Source: Candidatus Sumerlaeia bacterium
GTDB taxonomy: Bacteria; Sumerlaeota; Sumerlaeia; SLMS01; JANRJK01
Length of the DNA stretch: 64,000 nucleotides
Reading direction: 5' to 3'
NCBI GenBank assembly: GCA_033764015.1
Contig: JANRJK010000036.1
Location: forward strand, 295,164-359,163
The translations under genes and the position numbers were made by a program. Positions 1 through 9,035 of the stretch are shown in pieces. Each line of letters opens with the position of its first letter. Position 1 is the stretch's first letter. Below the pieces are notes generated by a model, which had not been told where the DNA came from, made no database searches, and saw only the letters and a list, made by a program, of their open reading frames with translations.

Positions 1-277
1 CGAACCAGGTCCAGAGGTGGACGGTGCCGTGCTCGCGCAGTGCGGCGTTGATGGCCGCGGTGCGGTCGGCGACGTCGGCGATGGAGGCCGCGGCGGCCTC
101 CGCCTCGTGCAGGTGGTGCTTCACTTCGAGGAACGCCAGCGTGGCCATCACGAAGGTGGAGGCCATCGCAAGGACGCTGATGTAGCCGGCGAAACGCCCG
201 AGCTTGCGCACGCCGAGGCCGTTGATGAGCGCGGCCAGCAGCATCACAGCGGGGACCGCCCAGATATACTGGATCAT
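1..277 (-). CDS. nuoL: NADH-quinone oxidoreductase subunit L, 5' part (truncated by window edge)
   Basis: Hand translation from ATG at 277 (SD-like GAGGAA upstream): MIQYIWAVPAVMLLAALINGLGVRKLGRFAGYISVLAMASTFVMATLAF...HLWTWF. This matches the NuoL N-terminus (LINGL-G, W-x-W-F) and follows the nuo genes. Not in the ORF track because it runs off the edge. Confidence 0.8.
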   Translation of the reverse strand, partial: MIQYIWAVPAVMLLAALINGLGVRKLGRFAGYISVLAMASTFVMATLAFLEVKHHLHEAEAAAASIADVADRTAAINAALREHGTVHLWTWF

Positions 278-322
278 CTCAGCAGGTTCCTCATTCCGGT
301 CGGATCAACGGGGGACACTCGC

Positions 323-1867
323 CTAGTACCTCACGAGCACGAAGAAGATCATGGGGAAGACGCCGAAGAGCAGCAGCATGCCGGCGGCGACGCCGAGGGC
401 GAGGGTGCCCGGCGCTAGGACCGCGGCCGAATCGCCGCCCCCCGCGAGCTGCGCCGCGTCCGCGCCCGCCTCCTCGTCGGTCATGAACATCGTCACGACG
501 AGGCGGAGGTAGTAGAACGCGGAGATCACCGAGGCGAGCACGCCGATCACCGCGAGGCCATACTGGCCCTGCTCGATCGCATGGCGGAAGACGTAGAACT
601 TGCCGATGAAGCCGACGGTCGGCGGGATGCCGGTCAGGCTGAACAGGGCGAGCGCCATGCCGGAGGCGGCCATGGGGCTGCGCTTCCAGAGGCCGCGGTA
701 GTTCTTCATCTCGCCTTCGCCGCCCTTGCCGAGGTGGTGCGCGAGGCCGAACGCGAGCACGTTCATCAGCGTGTAGCCGAAGAGGTAGAGGAGGATCGAC
801 TCGGCGATCTCCTGCTGCTGGAAGCTGAGCGCTTCGAGGCTTGCCGTCGGGAGGCTCATGAGCGCGACGTAGGCGACCATGACGTAGCCGCCGTGGGCGA
901 TGGAGCTGAAGGCGAGCATGCGCTTGACGTTGGTCTGCGCGAGCGCCTGCACGTTGCCCCAGACGATGGAGGCCGCGGCGACGGCGGTGAGCAGGAACGC
1001 GGCGGCGTTGTAGAACGGGGGCCAGGAGGCCAGCGTCACGATGACATGGAACAGGAGCGCGAACACGCCGATCTTCGAGGCGGTGGCGATCGCCATGGTC
1101 GTGGTGGTGGGGGCTCCCTGGTAGACGTCCGGCGCCCACATGTGGAAGGGCGCGAGGGACAGTTTGAAGCTGATGCCAACGAAGAGGAGCGTGAAGCCCA
1201 TGAAGGCGAAGACGGCGTTGAGCGGCGAGGTGGATCCGTCGAGGAGCGGGCGCGCGCCGGTGCGGAACACTTCGGCCATGTCGTTCAGGCGGGTGGAGCC
1301 GGTGGCGCCGTAGAGGAAGGCCATGCCCATGACGAAGAAGGCGGAGGCGAAGGCGCCGAGGACGAAGTACTTGAAGGCGCCCTCGGTAGAGCGCGCGCTG
1401 CGCCGGTCGATCCCGGTCAGCACGTAGAGCGACAGCGAGAGGATCTCGATGGCGATGAAGGCGGTGACCAGTTCGTTTGCGAGCGAGAGCGTCACCATGC
1501 CGAGCGCGGCGAAGAGGATGAGCGCGTAGTATTCGCCCGACGGCAGGTTGCGGCGGCGGACCGTCTCCGGGCCGAGCACTGTCATCACGAACATGGCGAA
1601 GAGGATGGTGACGCTGCCGAGGACGCCGAAGCGGTCGACGCGCAGGAAACCTTCGAGGAAGGGGCGGTTCGCGGGCCAGAGCGGGAGGAAGAAGGTCGCG
1701 AGGGCCGCGAGAAGTGCGGCGCCGGCGATGAAGGGGAGCACGCGGCGGCTGCCCGCCTTGTTGGACGCGGCGTCGGCGACGAGGCAGCCGAGCGCTCCCG
1801 CGAGGAGGATCAGGAGCGGGGCCAGCTGCTCGATGATGATGACGGGGATGTAGGGTTGTCCGGCCAT
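323..1867 (-). CDS. nuoN: NADH-quinone oxidoreductase subunit N
   Basis: Polytopic membrane protein with GEYYALILF, EGAFKYF, FKLSLAPFHMWAPDVYQGAP, KRMLAFSSIAH and GIPPTVGFIGKF motifs. Confidence 0.95.
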   Translation of the reverse strand: MAGQPYIPVIIIEQLAPLLILLAGALGCLVADAASNKAGSRRVLPFIAGAALLAALATFFLPLWPANRPFLEGFLRVDRFGVLGSVTILFAMFVMTVLGPETVRRRNLPSGEYYALILFAALGMVTLSLANELVTAFIAIEILSLSLYVLTGIDRRSARSTEGAFKYFVLGAFASAFFVMGMAFLYGATGSTRLNDMAEVFRTGARPLLDGSTSPLNAVFAFMGFTLLFVGISFKLSLAPFHMWAPDVYQGAPTTTTMAIATASKIGVFALLFHVIVTLASWPPFYNAAAFLLTAVAAASIVWGNVQALAQTNVKRMLAFSSIAHGGYVMVAYVALMSLPTASLEALSFQQQEIAESILLYLFGYTLMNVLAFGLAHHLGKGGEGEMKNYRGLWKRSPMAASGMALALFSLTGIPPTVGFIGKFYVFRHAIEQGQYGLAVIGVLASVISAFYYLRLVVTMFMTDEEAGADAAQLAGGGDSAAVLAPGTLALGVAAGMLLLFGVFPMIFFVLVRY

Positions 1868-1889
1868 GGGTTTGCGGGCGGGGCTGGGG

Positions 1890-2198
1890 TCAGCCGCGCA
1901 TCAGGTCGACCTCGTCCACGTGGATGTTCTGCTTCGCGCGGAAGAGCGCGATGAAGATGGCGAGGCCCACGCCGGCTTCGGCGGCGGCGACGGTCATGAT
2001 GAAGAGCGCCAGGATGCCGCCGGACATGAGCCCGTGCGCGTGCGCGAAGCTGACGATGGCCAGGTTCGCGGCGTTCAGCATCAGTTCGACGGAAAGGAAC
2101 ACGGCGATCGCATTGCGCTTCCAGACGACGCCGAGAATGCCCATCGTGAAGAGGAGCAGGCTGAGGAGCAGGTTGCCTTCGAAGAGGAGGGGGGACAT
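1890..2198 (-). CDS. nuoK: NADH-quinone oxidoreductase subunit K
   Basis: 102 aa, three TMs, ELMLNAANL and VAAAEAGVGLA motifs. Confidence 0.97.
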   Translation of the reverse strand: MSPLLFEGNLLLSLLLFTMGILGVVWKRNAIAVFLSVELMLNAANLAIVSFAHAHGLMSGGILALFIMTVAAAEAGVGLAIFIALFRAKQNIHVDEVDLMRG

Positions 2199-2210
2199 CG
2201 GGTCGGGGGC

Positions 2211-2747
2211 TTACTCCGTGTCGATGGTGATTTCGTTGCCGTCCTCGTCCTGTCGGCGCGCCATGGCGACCGCGCCGATGACGGCGACGAGGAGGATCAC
2301 CGAGGTGAGCAGGAAAGGCAGCACCCAGAAGGTGACGAGGGAGGTTGCGATGGAGGTGACGTCGCTGGGCTCGTGGACGATGGGGTGGCCTCCGGCGATC
2401 TGCGCCGCGGCGAATGTCTTCACGCCGAAGGCCGCGAGGAGGAAGAACGCCAAGGCGAGCGCGCCGCCCCAGAAGCGCGCGTCGCGCAGGTACCAAGGCG
2501 CCTGTTCGCGCTCGCGCAGGTTCAGCAGCATGACGACAAACAGGAAGACGACCATGATCGCGCCGGCGTAGATGATGATCTGGATCAGCGCGACGAACTC
2601 GTTCTGCATCATCAGGAAGTTGACGGCGAGGCAGACCATCACGAGGATGAGCGCCATGGCGGACTTGACAGTGTCCCGGGTGAAGAGGACGAGGCCGGCG
2701 CCGAGCACCGTGAGGGCGAAGATCAGGTAGTAGAAGAGGTCAAACAT
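2211..2747 (-). CDS. nuoJ: NADH-quinone oxidoreductase subunit J
   Basis: EFVALIQIIIYAGAIMVVFLFVVMLL motif; position between nuoI and nuoK. Confidence 0.96.
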   Translation of the reverse strand: MFDLFYYLIFALTVLGAGLVLFTRDTVKSAMALILVMVCLAVNFLMMQNEFVALIQIIIYAGAIMVVFLFVVMLLNLREREQAPWYLRDARFWGGALALAFFLLAAFGVKTFAAAQIAGGHPIVHEPSDVTSIATSLVTFWVLPFLLTSVILLVAVIGAVAMARRQDEDGNEITIDTE

Positions 2748-2897
2748 GGGTGCTCTTGGACTCCGGGCGAGCCCGTGTTCCTTCGTGGCCGGTGGCGTAT
2801 CCAGCGGCGGCGGCCGCCGCGGGGGAAAGCACGAAATGACCCGGGGCGGAGCCCGGGCCGGGGAAAGCGTTCAACCCGCCGCGACAGCTTCCGTCGC

Positions 2898-3431
2898 TCA
2901 CGAACGCGTCCAGGGGTCGGAGGAGGCGCCCGCGTCCGCTTCGGCGCTCACGTGCGAGACGTAGGGGTCGTAGTCGTGGTAGGTGCCGAAGCCCTTCTCC
3001 GCCGGATCCAGCATGTCCTCCTTGTTGGCGATGAAGTCCGTGCGGCGGTCCATGGCCAGCTCGTAGGTCGGCCCCATGACGATGGCGTTCTCGGGGCAGG
3101 CCTCTTCGCAGAAGCCGCAGAAGATGCAGCGCAGGAGGTGTATCTGGTAGATTTCGGCGTAGCGCTCGCCGGCGGAGACCTGGTTTCCGGCGGAGTTCTC
3201 GGCGGCTTCGAGGTAGATCGCCTCGCTGGGGCAGACGGCGGCGCAGAGGGCGCAGCCGACGCAACGCTCGAGGCCGTCCTCGTAGCGCTGCAGGCGGTGG
3301 CGTCCGCGGAAGAATGGGGGCTGCTCGCGCTTCACCTCGGGGTACTCGAGGGTGACGCTGCCCTTTCCGCTAAGGTAGCGGATGGCGTGCTTCGAAGTCT
3401 GGGCGAAGCCCTTGAGGAAGTCGATGATCAT
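2898..3431 (-). CDS. nuoI: NADH-quinone oxidoreductase subunit I
   Basis: TLEYPE...FRGRH and two 4Fe-4S motifs (CVGCALCAAVCP, CIFCGFCEEACP). Start trimmed to ATG 3431. Confidence 0.96.
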   Translation of the reverse strand: MIIDFLKGFAQTSKHAIRYLSGKGSVTLEYPEVKREQPPFFRGRHRLQRYEDGLERCVGCALCAAVCPSEAIYLEAAENSAGNQVSAGERYAEIYQIHLLRCIFCGFCEEACPENAIVMGPTYELAMDRRTDFIANKEDMLDPAEKGFGTYHDYDPYVSHVSAEADAGASSDPWTRS

Positions 3432-3499
3432 GGGGCGGTCACTCCGGGCGGGGCGTCGTGTCTCGTCGGGGTGTGCGGGGCAACGGTCGCGCCATCGGC

Positions 3500-4786
3500 T
3501 CAGGCGGCCTGCGGGCGGAAGTTGCGGTACTGGGCGGCGAGGGCCTTCTTGCGTTGCGCGGTGTAGATGAAGTCGGTCGCGAGGAGAAGCCCCAGCGTGA
3601 TGCCGCCGATCGCGAGCCGGGCGCCGAGCGAGACCGTGTCGGTCTCCTTGTCGTAGCCGAGGCCGACGCCGATGGCGGTGATGACGAGATTCGCGAGGCC
3701 GAGCGGCAACATCACCTTCCAGCCGAGGTTCATGAGCTGGTCGTAGCGCATGCGGGGGAGCGTCGCGCGAGCCATGATGAAGAGGGTGAGGAAGAAGAAG
3801 ATCTTGGCGGGGAGCACCAGCGGGCCGGCGAGGTAGTAGGGCAGCGTGCCCTCCTCGAAGAGCGCGATCGGACCGAGATACCCGCCGAGGAAGAGCGACG
3901 CGCACACCGCGCTGACGGTGATCATGTTGACGTACTCGCCCAGGAAGAAGAGGGCGAACTTCATCGAACTGTACTCGGTGTGGAAGCCGCCGGTCAGCTC
4001 CGACTCGCCCTCGGCGAGGTCGAACGGAAGGCGGTTCGTCTCCGCGAACATGGCGATGACGAAGAGGACGAAGGCGAGCGGCTGCGCGACCACATTCCAG
4101 TTCCAGAAGCCGCCCTTCTGCGACTCGATGATGTCGTAGAAGTTGAGGCTTCCCGCGATGAGGAGCACGCCGATGACCGAGAGCGACATCGAGATTTCAT
4201 AGCTGATCATCTGGGCCGAGGCGCGGATCCCGCCGAGGAGCGACCACTTGTTGTTCGAGGACCAGCCGGCGAGCGTGATGCCGTAGACCCCGATGGAGGT
4301 GATGGCGAGGACGTAGAGGACGCCGACGCTCGGGTTGGTGACTGCGAGGGCGATCTGGCTGACAGCGCCCATGGGCCCTAGGGTGTCGGGGCTGATGCCG
4401 AGGAGCGAGCCGATGGAGGCGAGGGCGGGGCCGTCGATGATTGGGCCGATGGGGATGATGCAAAGGGCGAGGAACGCCGGCCCGCTGACGAGCGAGGGCG
4501 CCATCAGGTAGAGTAGGCGGTCGGCCCCGGCGGGGATGATTTCTTCTTTGAAGAAGAGCTTCGCGCCGTCGAGGGCGCCGTGGAGGAGGCCCCACGGGCC
4601 GGCGCGGTTCGGGCCGGGGCGGTCCTGCGTCCAGGAGATGAGCTTGCGTTCGTATAGGACGACGAAGGGGACGACGCCGAGGACGCTGCCGAGCAGGATG
4701 GCGATCTTGAGGAGCGCCAGCGCGAGGATCAGGGCGTTGCCGGGGCCGCCGACGAACTGTCCGATAAAGTCGAGAAGGGGCTGCAT
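3500..4786 (-). CDS. nuoH: NADH-quinone oxidoreductase subunit H
   Basis: ERK...QDRPGPNRAGPWG, AQMISYE and ETNRLPFDLAEGESELTGGFHTEYS motifs. Start trimmed to ATG 4786. Confidence 0.96.
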   Translation of the reverse strand: MQPLLDFIGQFVGGPGNALILALALLKIAILLGSVLGVVPFVVLYERKLISWTQDRPGPNRAGPWGLLHGALDGAKLFFKEEIIPAGADRLLYLMAPSLVSGPAFLALCIIPIGPIIDGPALASIGSLLGISPDTLGPMGAVSQIALAVTNPSVGVLYVLAITSIGVYGITLAGWSSNNKWSLLGGIRASAQMISYEISMSLSVIGVLLIAGSLNFYDIIESQKGGFWNWNVVAQPLAFVLFVIAMFAETNRLPFDLAEGESELTGGFHTEYSSMKFALFFLGEYVNMITVSAVCASLFLGGYLGPIALFEEGTLPYYLAGPLVLPAKIFFFLTLFIMARATLPRMRYDQLMNLGWKVMLPLGLANLVITAIGVGLGYDKETDTVSLGARLAIGGITLGLLLATDFIYTAQRKKALAAQYRNFRPQAA

Positions 4787-4846
4787 CGACGACCGTCGTT
4801 GGGGGTTGGCGCGGGGATTGCGCCTAGCGTCACAAACCAGACCGGC

Positions 4847-4876
4847 AGGGTTGGGGTTCCACCAAAGGGGTGTCAA
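4847..4876 (-). promoter_or_regulatory. Candidate sigma70 promoter for the nuoH operon
   Basis: Perfect TTGACA (4871-4876), 18-nt spacer, AACCCT (4847-4852) on the minus strand. Confidence 0.45.
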
Positions 4877-5030
4877 CGGCCAATCGGGAGAGCGCGCGGC
4901 TGGCGCGGCGCCTGGTCGATAGGAGCCGCTTTCGCGTTGACGCTCGCGGTAAGCGGGGGGTCCCTTGGGGCTTCAGTGACTTGGCGATCCACCGCCGCCA
5001 CTTCCCGTCCCGGAGGCGTTCCGCGCGTCC

Positions 5031-6191
5031 ATGATCCGACTGCGTAGCCTTTGCACCCTTTGCGCCGCTGTGGCAGCCCCCGCGCTGTCGCTCGCCGCGA
5101 GCCTCCTGACGCCGATCTCGGACGGCAAGCTGCTGTACGAAACCACCTCCAGCGGCGATTCCCGCGAGGCGGCGCTGACCGCCGCGCGCCAAGCCGCGGT
5201 GAAGGGCTCCGCGGGGCGCGTGCTCCTCGGCGAGTCCCTGATTATGGCGGATGAGCTGCTCGACCTTTACCTCGACCGCTACTACGACAAGTTCGTCACC
5301 GCCACGGAGGTGGTCACGGAGGACTTCGTGGGCGGGCGCAACGTCGTGCGCAGCCGCGTGTTCGTCGACTACCAGTCGCTGGTCAAGGACCTGGACGAGA
5401 AGCGGTTCCTGTTCACGCCGGCGCCGCGTCCGGTGGTGCTTTCCTTCCTCGCGGAGAAGATGGACAACGAGACGACGGCGGAGGGCATCGCGCTGAGCGC
5501 ACTCAACGTGTCGTTCCTCGCGACGGGCATGAAGCCGTTCAGCGGCTCGCTCCCGGCGGCGGACCCGCAGGATCCCTCGACGGTGCCAAGCCTCGCGCGC
5601 GATGTCGCGCAGACGCCGGCGACGCTCGCGGAGGCGCTGGTCCTGGCGCAGCGCAACGGCGCCGAGGTCCTCGTGACCGGCACCGCGACGACCAGCGAGA
5701 GCATGTCGGACCGCTTCTACTACGACAATTACCTGTTCTACGAGTGCACGATGGAGACGAAGCTGCTCCGCGTGGACACGGGCGAGGTGCTCTTCACGGC
5801 GCGGGCCACGGGCAACGCGGCCGCGGTGAACCGCTCGGAGGCCATCCAGACGGCGATCCAGCGCGCGGCCACCTCGATCGCGGACCAGTACTACGACAAG
5901 CTGACGGACCACTGGGGCTTCGTGGTGCGGGCGAACACGGCGGATTACCAGGTCATGCTGACGGGCGCCGACGAGGAGTTGCAGCGCGTGGTCGCGCGGC
6001 ATCTCGAGCGGCTCGGCGGCGGCACCGAGGTGGCGCTGCGCAAGGCGTTCGACAAGACCGCGGTGCTCGTGGTGCGCACGGACGCCTCGCGGCAGGATGT
6101 GCTGGAGCAGATCGCATCGTGCAGCTTCCCGACGCTGACTACGCTGAACCCCGCCGACAAGAACCGCTTCGAGGTGCAGGTGGGCGGCTGA
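5031..6191 (+). CDS. Secreted hypothetical protein (FlgT N-terminal-like plus CsgG/TolB-N-like domain)
   Basis: Signal peptide. GDSREAALTAARQAAV resembles FlgT_N/LPP20 helices. AEVLVTG...KLLRVDTGEVL resembles the CsgG-like fold. Native codon usage. Confidence 0.55.
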   Translation: MIRLRSLCTLCAAVAAPALSLAASLLTPISDGKLLYETTSSGDSREAALTAARQAAVKGSAGRVLLGESLIMADELLDLYLDRYYDKFVTATEVVTEDFVGGRNVVRSRVFVDYQSLVKDLDEKRFLFTPAPRPVVLSFLAEKMDNETTAEGIALSALNVSFLATGMKPFSGSLPAADPQDPSTVPSLARDVAQTPATLAEALVLAQRNGAEVLVTGTATTSESMSDRFYYDNYLFYECTMETKLLRVDTGEVLFTARATGNAAAVNRSEAIQTAIQRAATSIADQYYDKLTDHWGFVVRANTADYQVMLTGADEELQRVVARHLERLGGGTEVALRKAFDKTAVLVVRTDASRQDVLEQIASCSFPTLTTLNPADKNRFEVQVGG

Positions 6192-6243
6192 CGCCCCCGC
6201 GCCGCCAGCCCCTGGCAACAACCGCCCGGCAGGATGGCGCGGC

Positions 6244-8001
6244 ATGAGCGCTGAAGACGGCAACCCCGGCCCGGACACCCCGATCACAGGTCCGGATAAG
6301 CACGACCAGCCGACGATCCGCGAAGCGGCCCGCTCCTCGGGAGCGGTGCGCCGCGTCCAACCGCCTTCCCAAGCGCCGATCCCCATCTGGGGCGTGAACG
6401 CCCCTCCGCCGCTCCCGCCCGCTCCCGCGGCGGGCGCCGCGGACCCGGATCCCAAACTGGCCTGCGCCGGGCACCGGCTCGGGCCGTACATCCTCGAGCG
6501 CGAGCTGGCGCGCGGCGGCATGGGGGCCGTGTACCTCGGCTACGACCCGGCGCTGCGGCGGCACGCCGCGATCAAGACGATGCTCCGCGACGCGCTGGCG
6601 GACGAGGACGCGGCGCGGCGGTTCCAGCGGGAGGCGCGCGCCTGCGCGGCGCTGGCGCACCCGAACATCGCGGCCGTCTACTTCGTGGGCGAAGAGGAGG
6701 ACGGCTCTCCGTTCCTCGCGATGGAGTACGTGGACGGCGGCTCGCTGCAGGAGGTGATCCGCACGCGCCGGGCGGTTCCGCATTCGCGGGCGGCGGAGTG
6801 GATGGCGCAGGCGGCGGAGGCGCTGCGTACCGCGCGCAAAATCGGGATCATCCACCGGGACCTGAAGCCCGGCAACCTGATGACGACGCGCGACGGCGTC
6901 TTGAAGGTCGTGGATTTCGGGCTGGCGAAGGTGATGTTCGACGACACCTACCGCACCGTCGAAGGCATGGTGATGGGGACGCCCAAATACATGCCGCCGG
7001 AGCAGGCGGCGGGGCGCGGCATCGACCACCGGGCGGACATCTACGCGCTCGGCGCGACGTTCTTCCACCTGCTGGCGGGGCGCGCGCCGTTCGACGGCGA
7101 CACGTCGATGCAGGTGATGATGAAGCACGCGACGGCGCCGGTGCCGAGCCTGCGCTCGCTGAAGCCCGACGTGCCGATGGAGTTCGACGCGGTCATCCAG
7201 CGCTGCCTGCGGAAGGATCCGAACGACCGCTACCAGGAGTACGAGGAGCTGGTTTCGGATCTGCGGGCGGTGCAGTTGCAGGCGCGCTCGCGGGAGGCGG
7301 GTCCGGTGCTCGACGCGGGTGGCGCGGCGTCGCACTCCTTCGCGCCGCCGCGCCCGTCGCACTCGGCCACGCAAATCCCGCTGCCGAGCGAGGTGCGCTC
7401 GATCGGCCCGCGCCCGCAGGAGGCCGCCGAGGAGCAGTCGGCGGAGGAGCCGTCGATGCACTGGGGGTTGAAGGCGGCGCTGGCCTTCGCCGCCGTCGCC
7501 GCGGTGGCGATGGGGGTGTCGCTCGCGTTCCGGCCGGGCGCGGAGAAGTCGGAGCCGGTGGCGGCTCCGGCGGAGCGTTCACCCCTCACGGAGCTGATCG
7601 GGCGCCTCGCGTCGGAGTCGGGATTGAAGCCGGAGGAAGCGGACGGCAGTTCGCCCCGCGCCCAGTACGTGCGCTACCAGGCGTCGCGGGTGATCGTCGA
7701 GGCGCTGGCTTCCGGGGCGGCCCGGTTCGAGTCGCAGGAGGGGCGCGCGCCGCTGGAAACGGCGGACTTCTCGGGGACGGGCTTTTCGACGCGGGTGTTC
7801 GAGACGAACGCGCGCGGGGCGGCGCTCGACGCATGGGGCAACGAGGTGGTCTTCACGCGCGCGGGGCGCGAGCTCCGCAGCGCGGGATTGAACCAGCGCT
7901 ACGGAGACGACGACGACATCGTGTGGCTGGGAGGCTCCGAGCAGCCGCCGGCCTCGGACGGCTACGAGCGCCTCAAGGCGCAGGCGCTCGGCGGGCGCTG
8001 A
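6244..8001 (+). CDS. Membrane-anchored Hanks-type Ser/Thr protein kinase with C-terminal GspG/pseudopilin-like domain
   Basis: RGGMGAVY, AAIK, HRDLKPGN, DFG and GTPKYMPPE all intact. Pro-rich linker, one TM (~7468-7530), then DAWGN...LRSAGLNQRYGDDDDI. Confidence 0.88.
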   Translation: MSAEDGNPGPDTPITGPDKHDQPTIREAARSSGAVRRVQPPSQAPIPIWGVNAPPPLPPAPAAGAADPDPKLACAGHRLGPYILERELARGGMGAVYLGYDPALRRHAAIKTMLRDALADEDAARRFQREARACAALAHPNIAAVYFVGEEEDGSPFLAMEYVDGGSLQEVIRTRRAVPHSRAAEWMAQAAEALRTARKIGIIHRDLKPGNLMTTRDGVLKVVDFGLAKVMFDDTYRTVEGMVMGTPKYMPPEQAAGRGIDHRADIYALGATFFHLLAGRAPFDGDTSMQVMMKHATAPVPSLRSLKPDVPMEFDAVIQRCLRKDPNDRYQEYEELVSDLRAVQLQARSREAGPVLDAGGAASHSFAPPRPSHSATQIPLPSEVRSIGPRPQEAAEEQSAEEPSMHWGLKAALAFAAVAAVAMGVSLAFRPGAEKSEPVAAPAERSPLTELIGRLASESGLKPEEADGSSPRAQYVRYQASRVIVEALASGAARFESQEGRAPLETADFSGTGFSTRVFETNARGAALDAWGNEVVFTRAGRELRSAGLNQRYGDDDDIVWLGGSEQPPASDGYERLKAQALGGR

Positions 8002-8012
8002 CGCGCCACCCC

Positions 8013-9005
8013 TCAGACCGGGGCGGCCGGTGGCGGCATGTAGCCCCCCGGGCCCGGATCGGCCGGGGCGGGACCGCGCTGGAAGATCTCCCACTCGGGA
8101 CCGAACTGTTCGAGGAACAACACGGTGTAGGTGCGGCGCCACATGTGCAGCGGCAGGATGGCGACCTGCCCCACGACCGGGATGAACGGCAGGCAGAAGG
8201 CCACGCAGCAGGCGAGCACGTACACCATGTGCGTGAGCCAGAACAAGACGCCGATGCAGAACCGCACCGCGAAGTAGCCGATGAAGACGCCGACGTTGGA
8301 ACCCATGAGCCGGAAGGCGATGCCGATGGCGCGGAAGGAGCTGACGCGCCAGCGGTACATCAGCGGGACGACGATGTCGTGGCTGATGGTGTTGAAGGCG
8401 ACCGCGAGGAAGCCGAAGCAGCAGCCGGCGGCGACGAGTGGGGTGGAGCTGGTGAATAGGTCCGCAAGCATCGCGAAGACCTGCTGCGGCTCCATCTGGC
8501 CGCCCTGCTGCTCGACCGATTCCATGATGGCGAGCATCCGTTCCGCGTAGATGAAGCTCACAGGCGCCATCAGCACGAGGCCGACGAAGCCGGCGGCGAG
8601 GTGGAGGAGGAAGAGCGACGTCCCGGGGGCGGAGCCTCGCGCCCAGGCGGAGGAGAGGTCGGTCTCGCCGGTGAGCGTGTACTCGAGGAAGACGAACTCG
8701 CCGACGGCTCCGACCCAGCCCAGGAGCAGGGCGATGACGATTCCGAAGCACATTCCGACGACTGCGCCGATCGCCTGGACGCCCCCTTGGAACACCTCCG
8801 GCGAGATGTTGACGTTGATCAGGCCGGTGGACAGGACGGCGAGGAAGAGGCCGACGGAGAAGGATATCCAGCGGGAGAGGTCGAACGGGAAGAGCAGCCG
8901 CCCGGTCCATTCCTTCGCCCCGTCGATGGGGTCGGTGGCGGACACCGGGTAGCGGGCGGGGCCGGTGGGTGGCTCGGTCTGGAACTCGGGCCTGTAGTCG
9001 GGCAT
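8013..9005 (-). CDS. Multi-pass membrane protein of unknown function
   Basis: About six hydrophobic segments, Pro-rich termini, native codon usage. Confidence 0.7.
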   Translation of the reverse strand: MPDYRPEFQTEPPTGPARYPVSATDPIDGAKEWTGRLLFPFDLSRWISFSVGLFLAVLSTGLINVNISPEVFQGGVQAIGAVVGMCFGIVIALLLGWVGAVGEFVFLEYTLTGETDLSSAWARGSAPGTSLFLLHLAAGFVGLVLMAPVSFIYAERMLAIMESVEQQGGQMEPQQVFAMLADLFTSSTPLVAAGCCFGFLAVAFNTISHDIVVPLMYRWRVSSFRAIGIAFRLMGSNVGVFIGYFAVRFCIGVLFWLTHMVYVLACCVAFCLPFIPVVGQVAILPLHMWRRTYTVLFLEQFGPEWEIFQRGPAPADPGPGGYMPPPAAPV

Positions 9006-9035
9006 CGCGGTCGCCTTGCGGTAGGGGTGCGGGGC

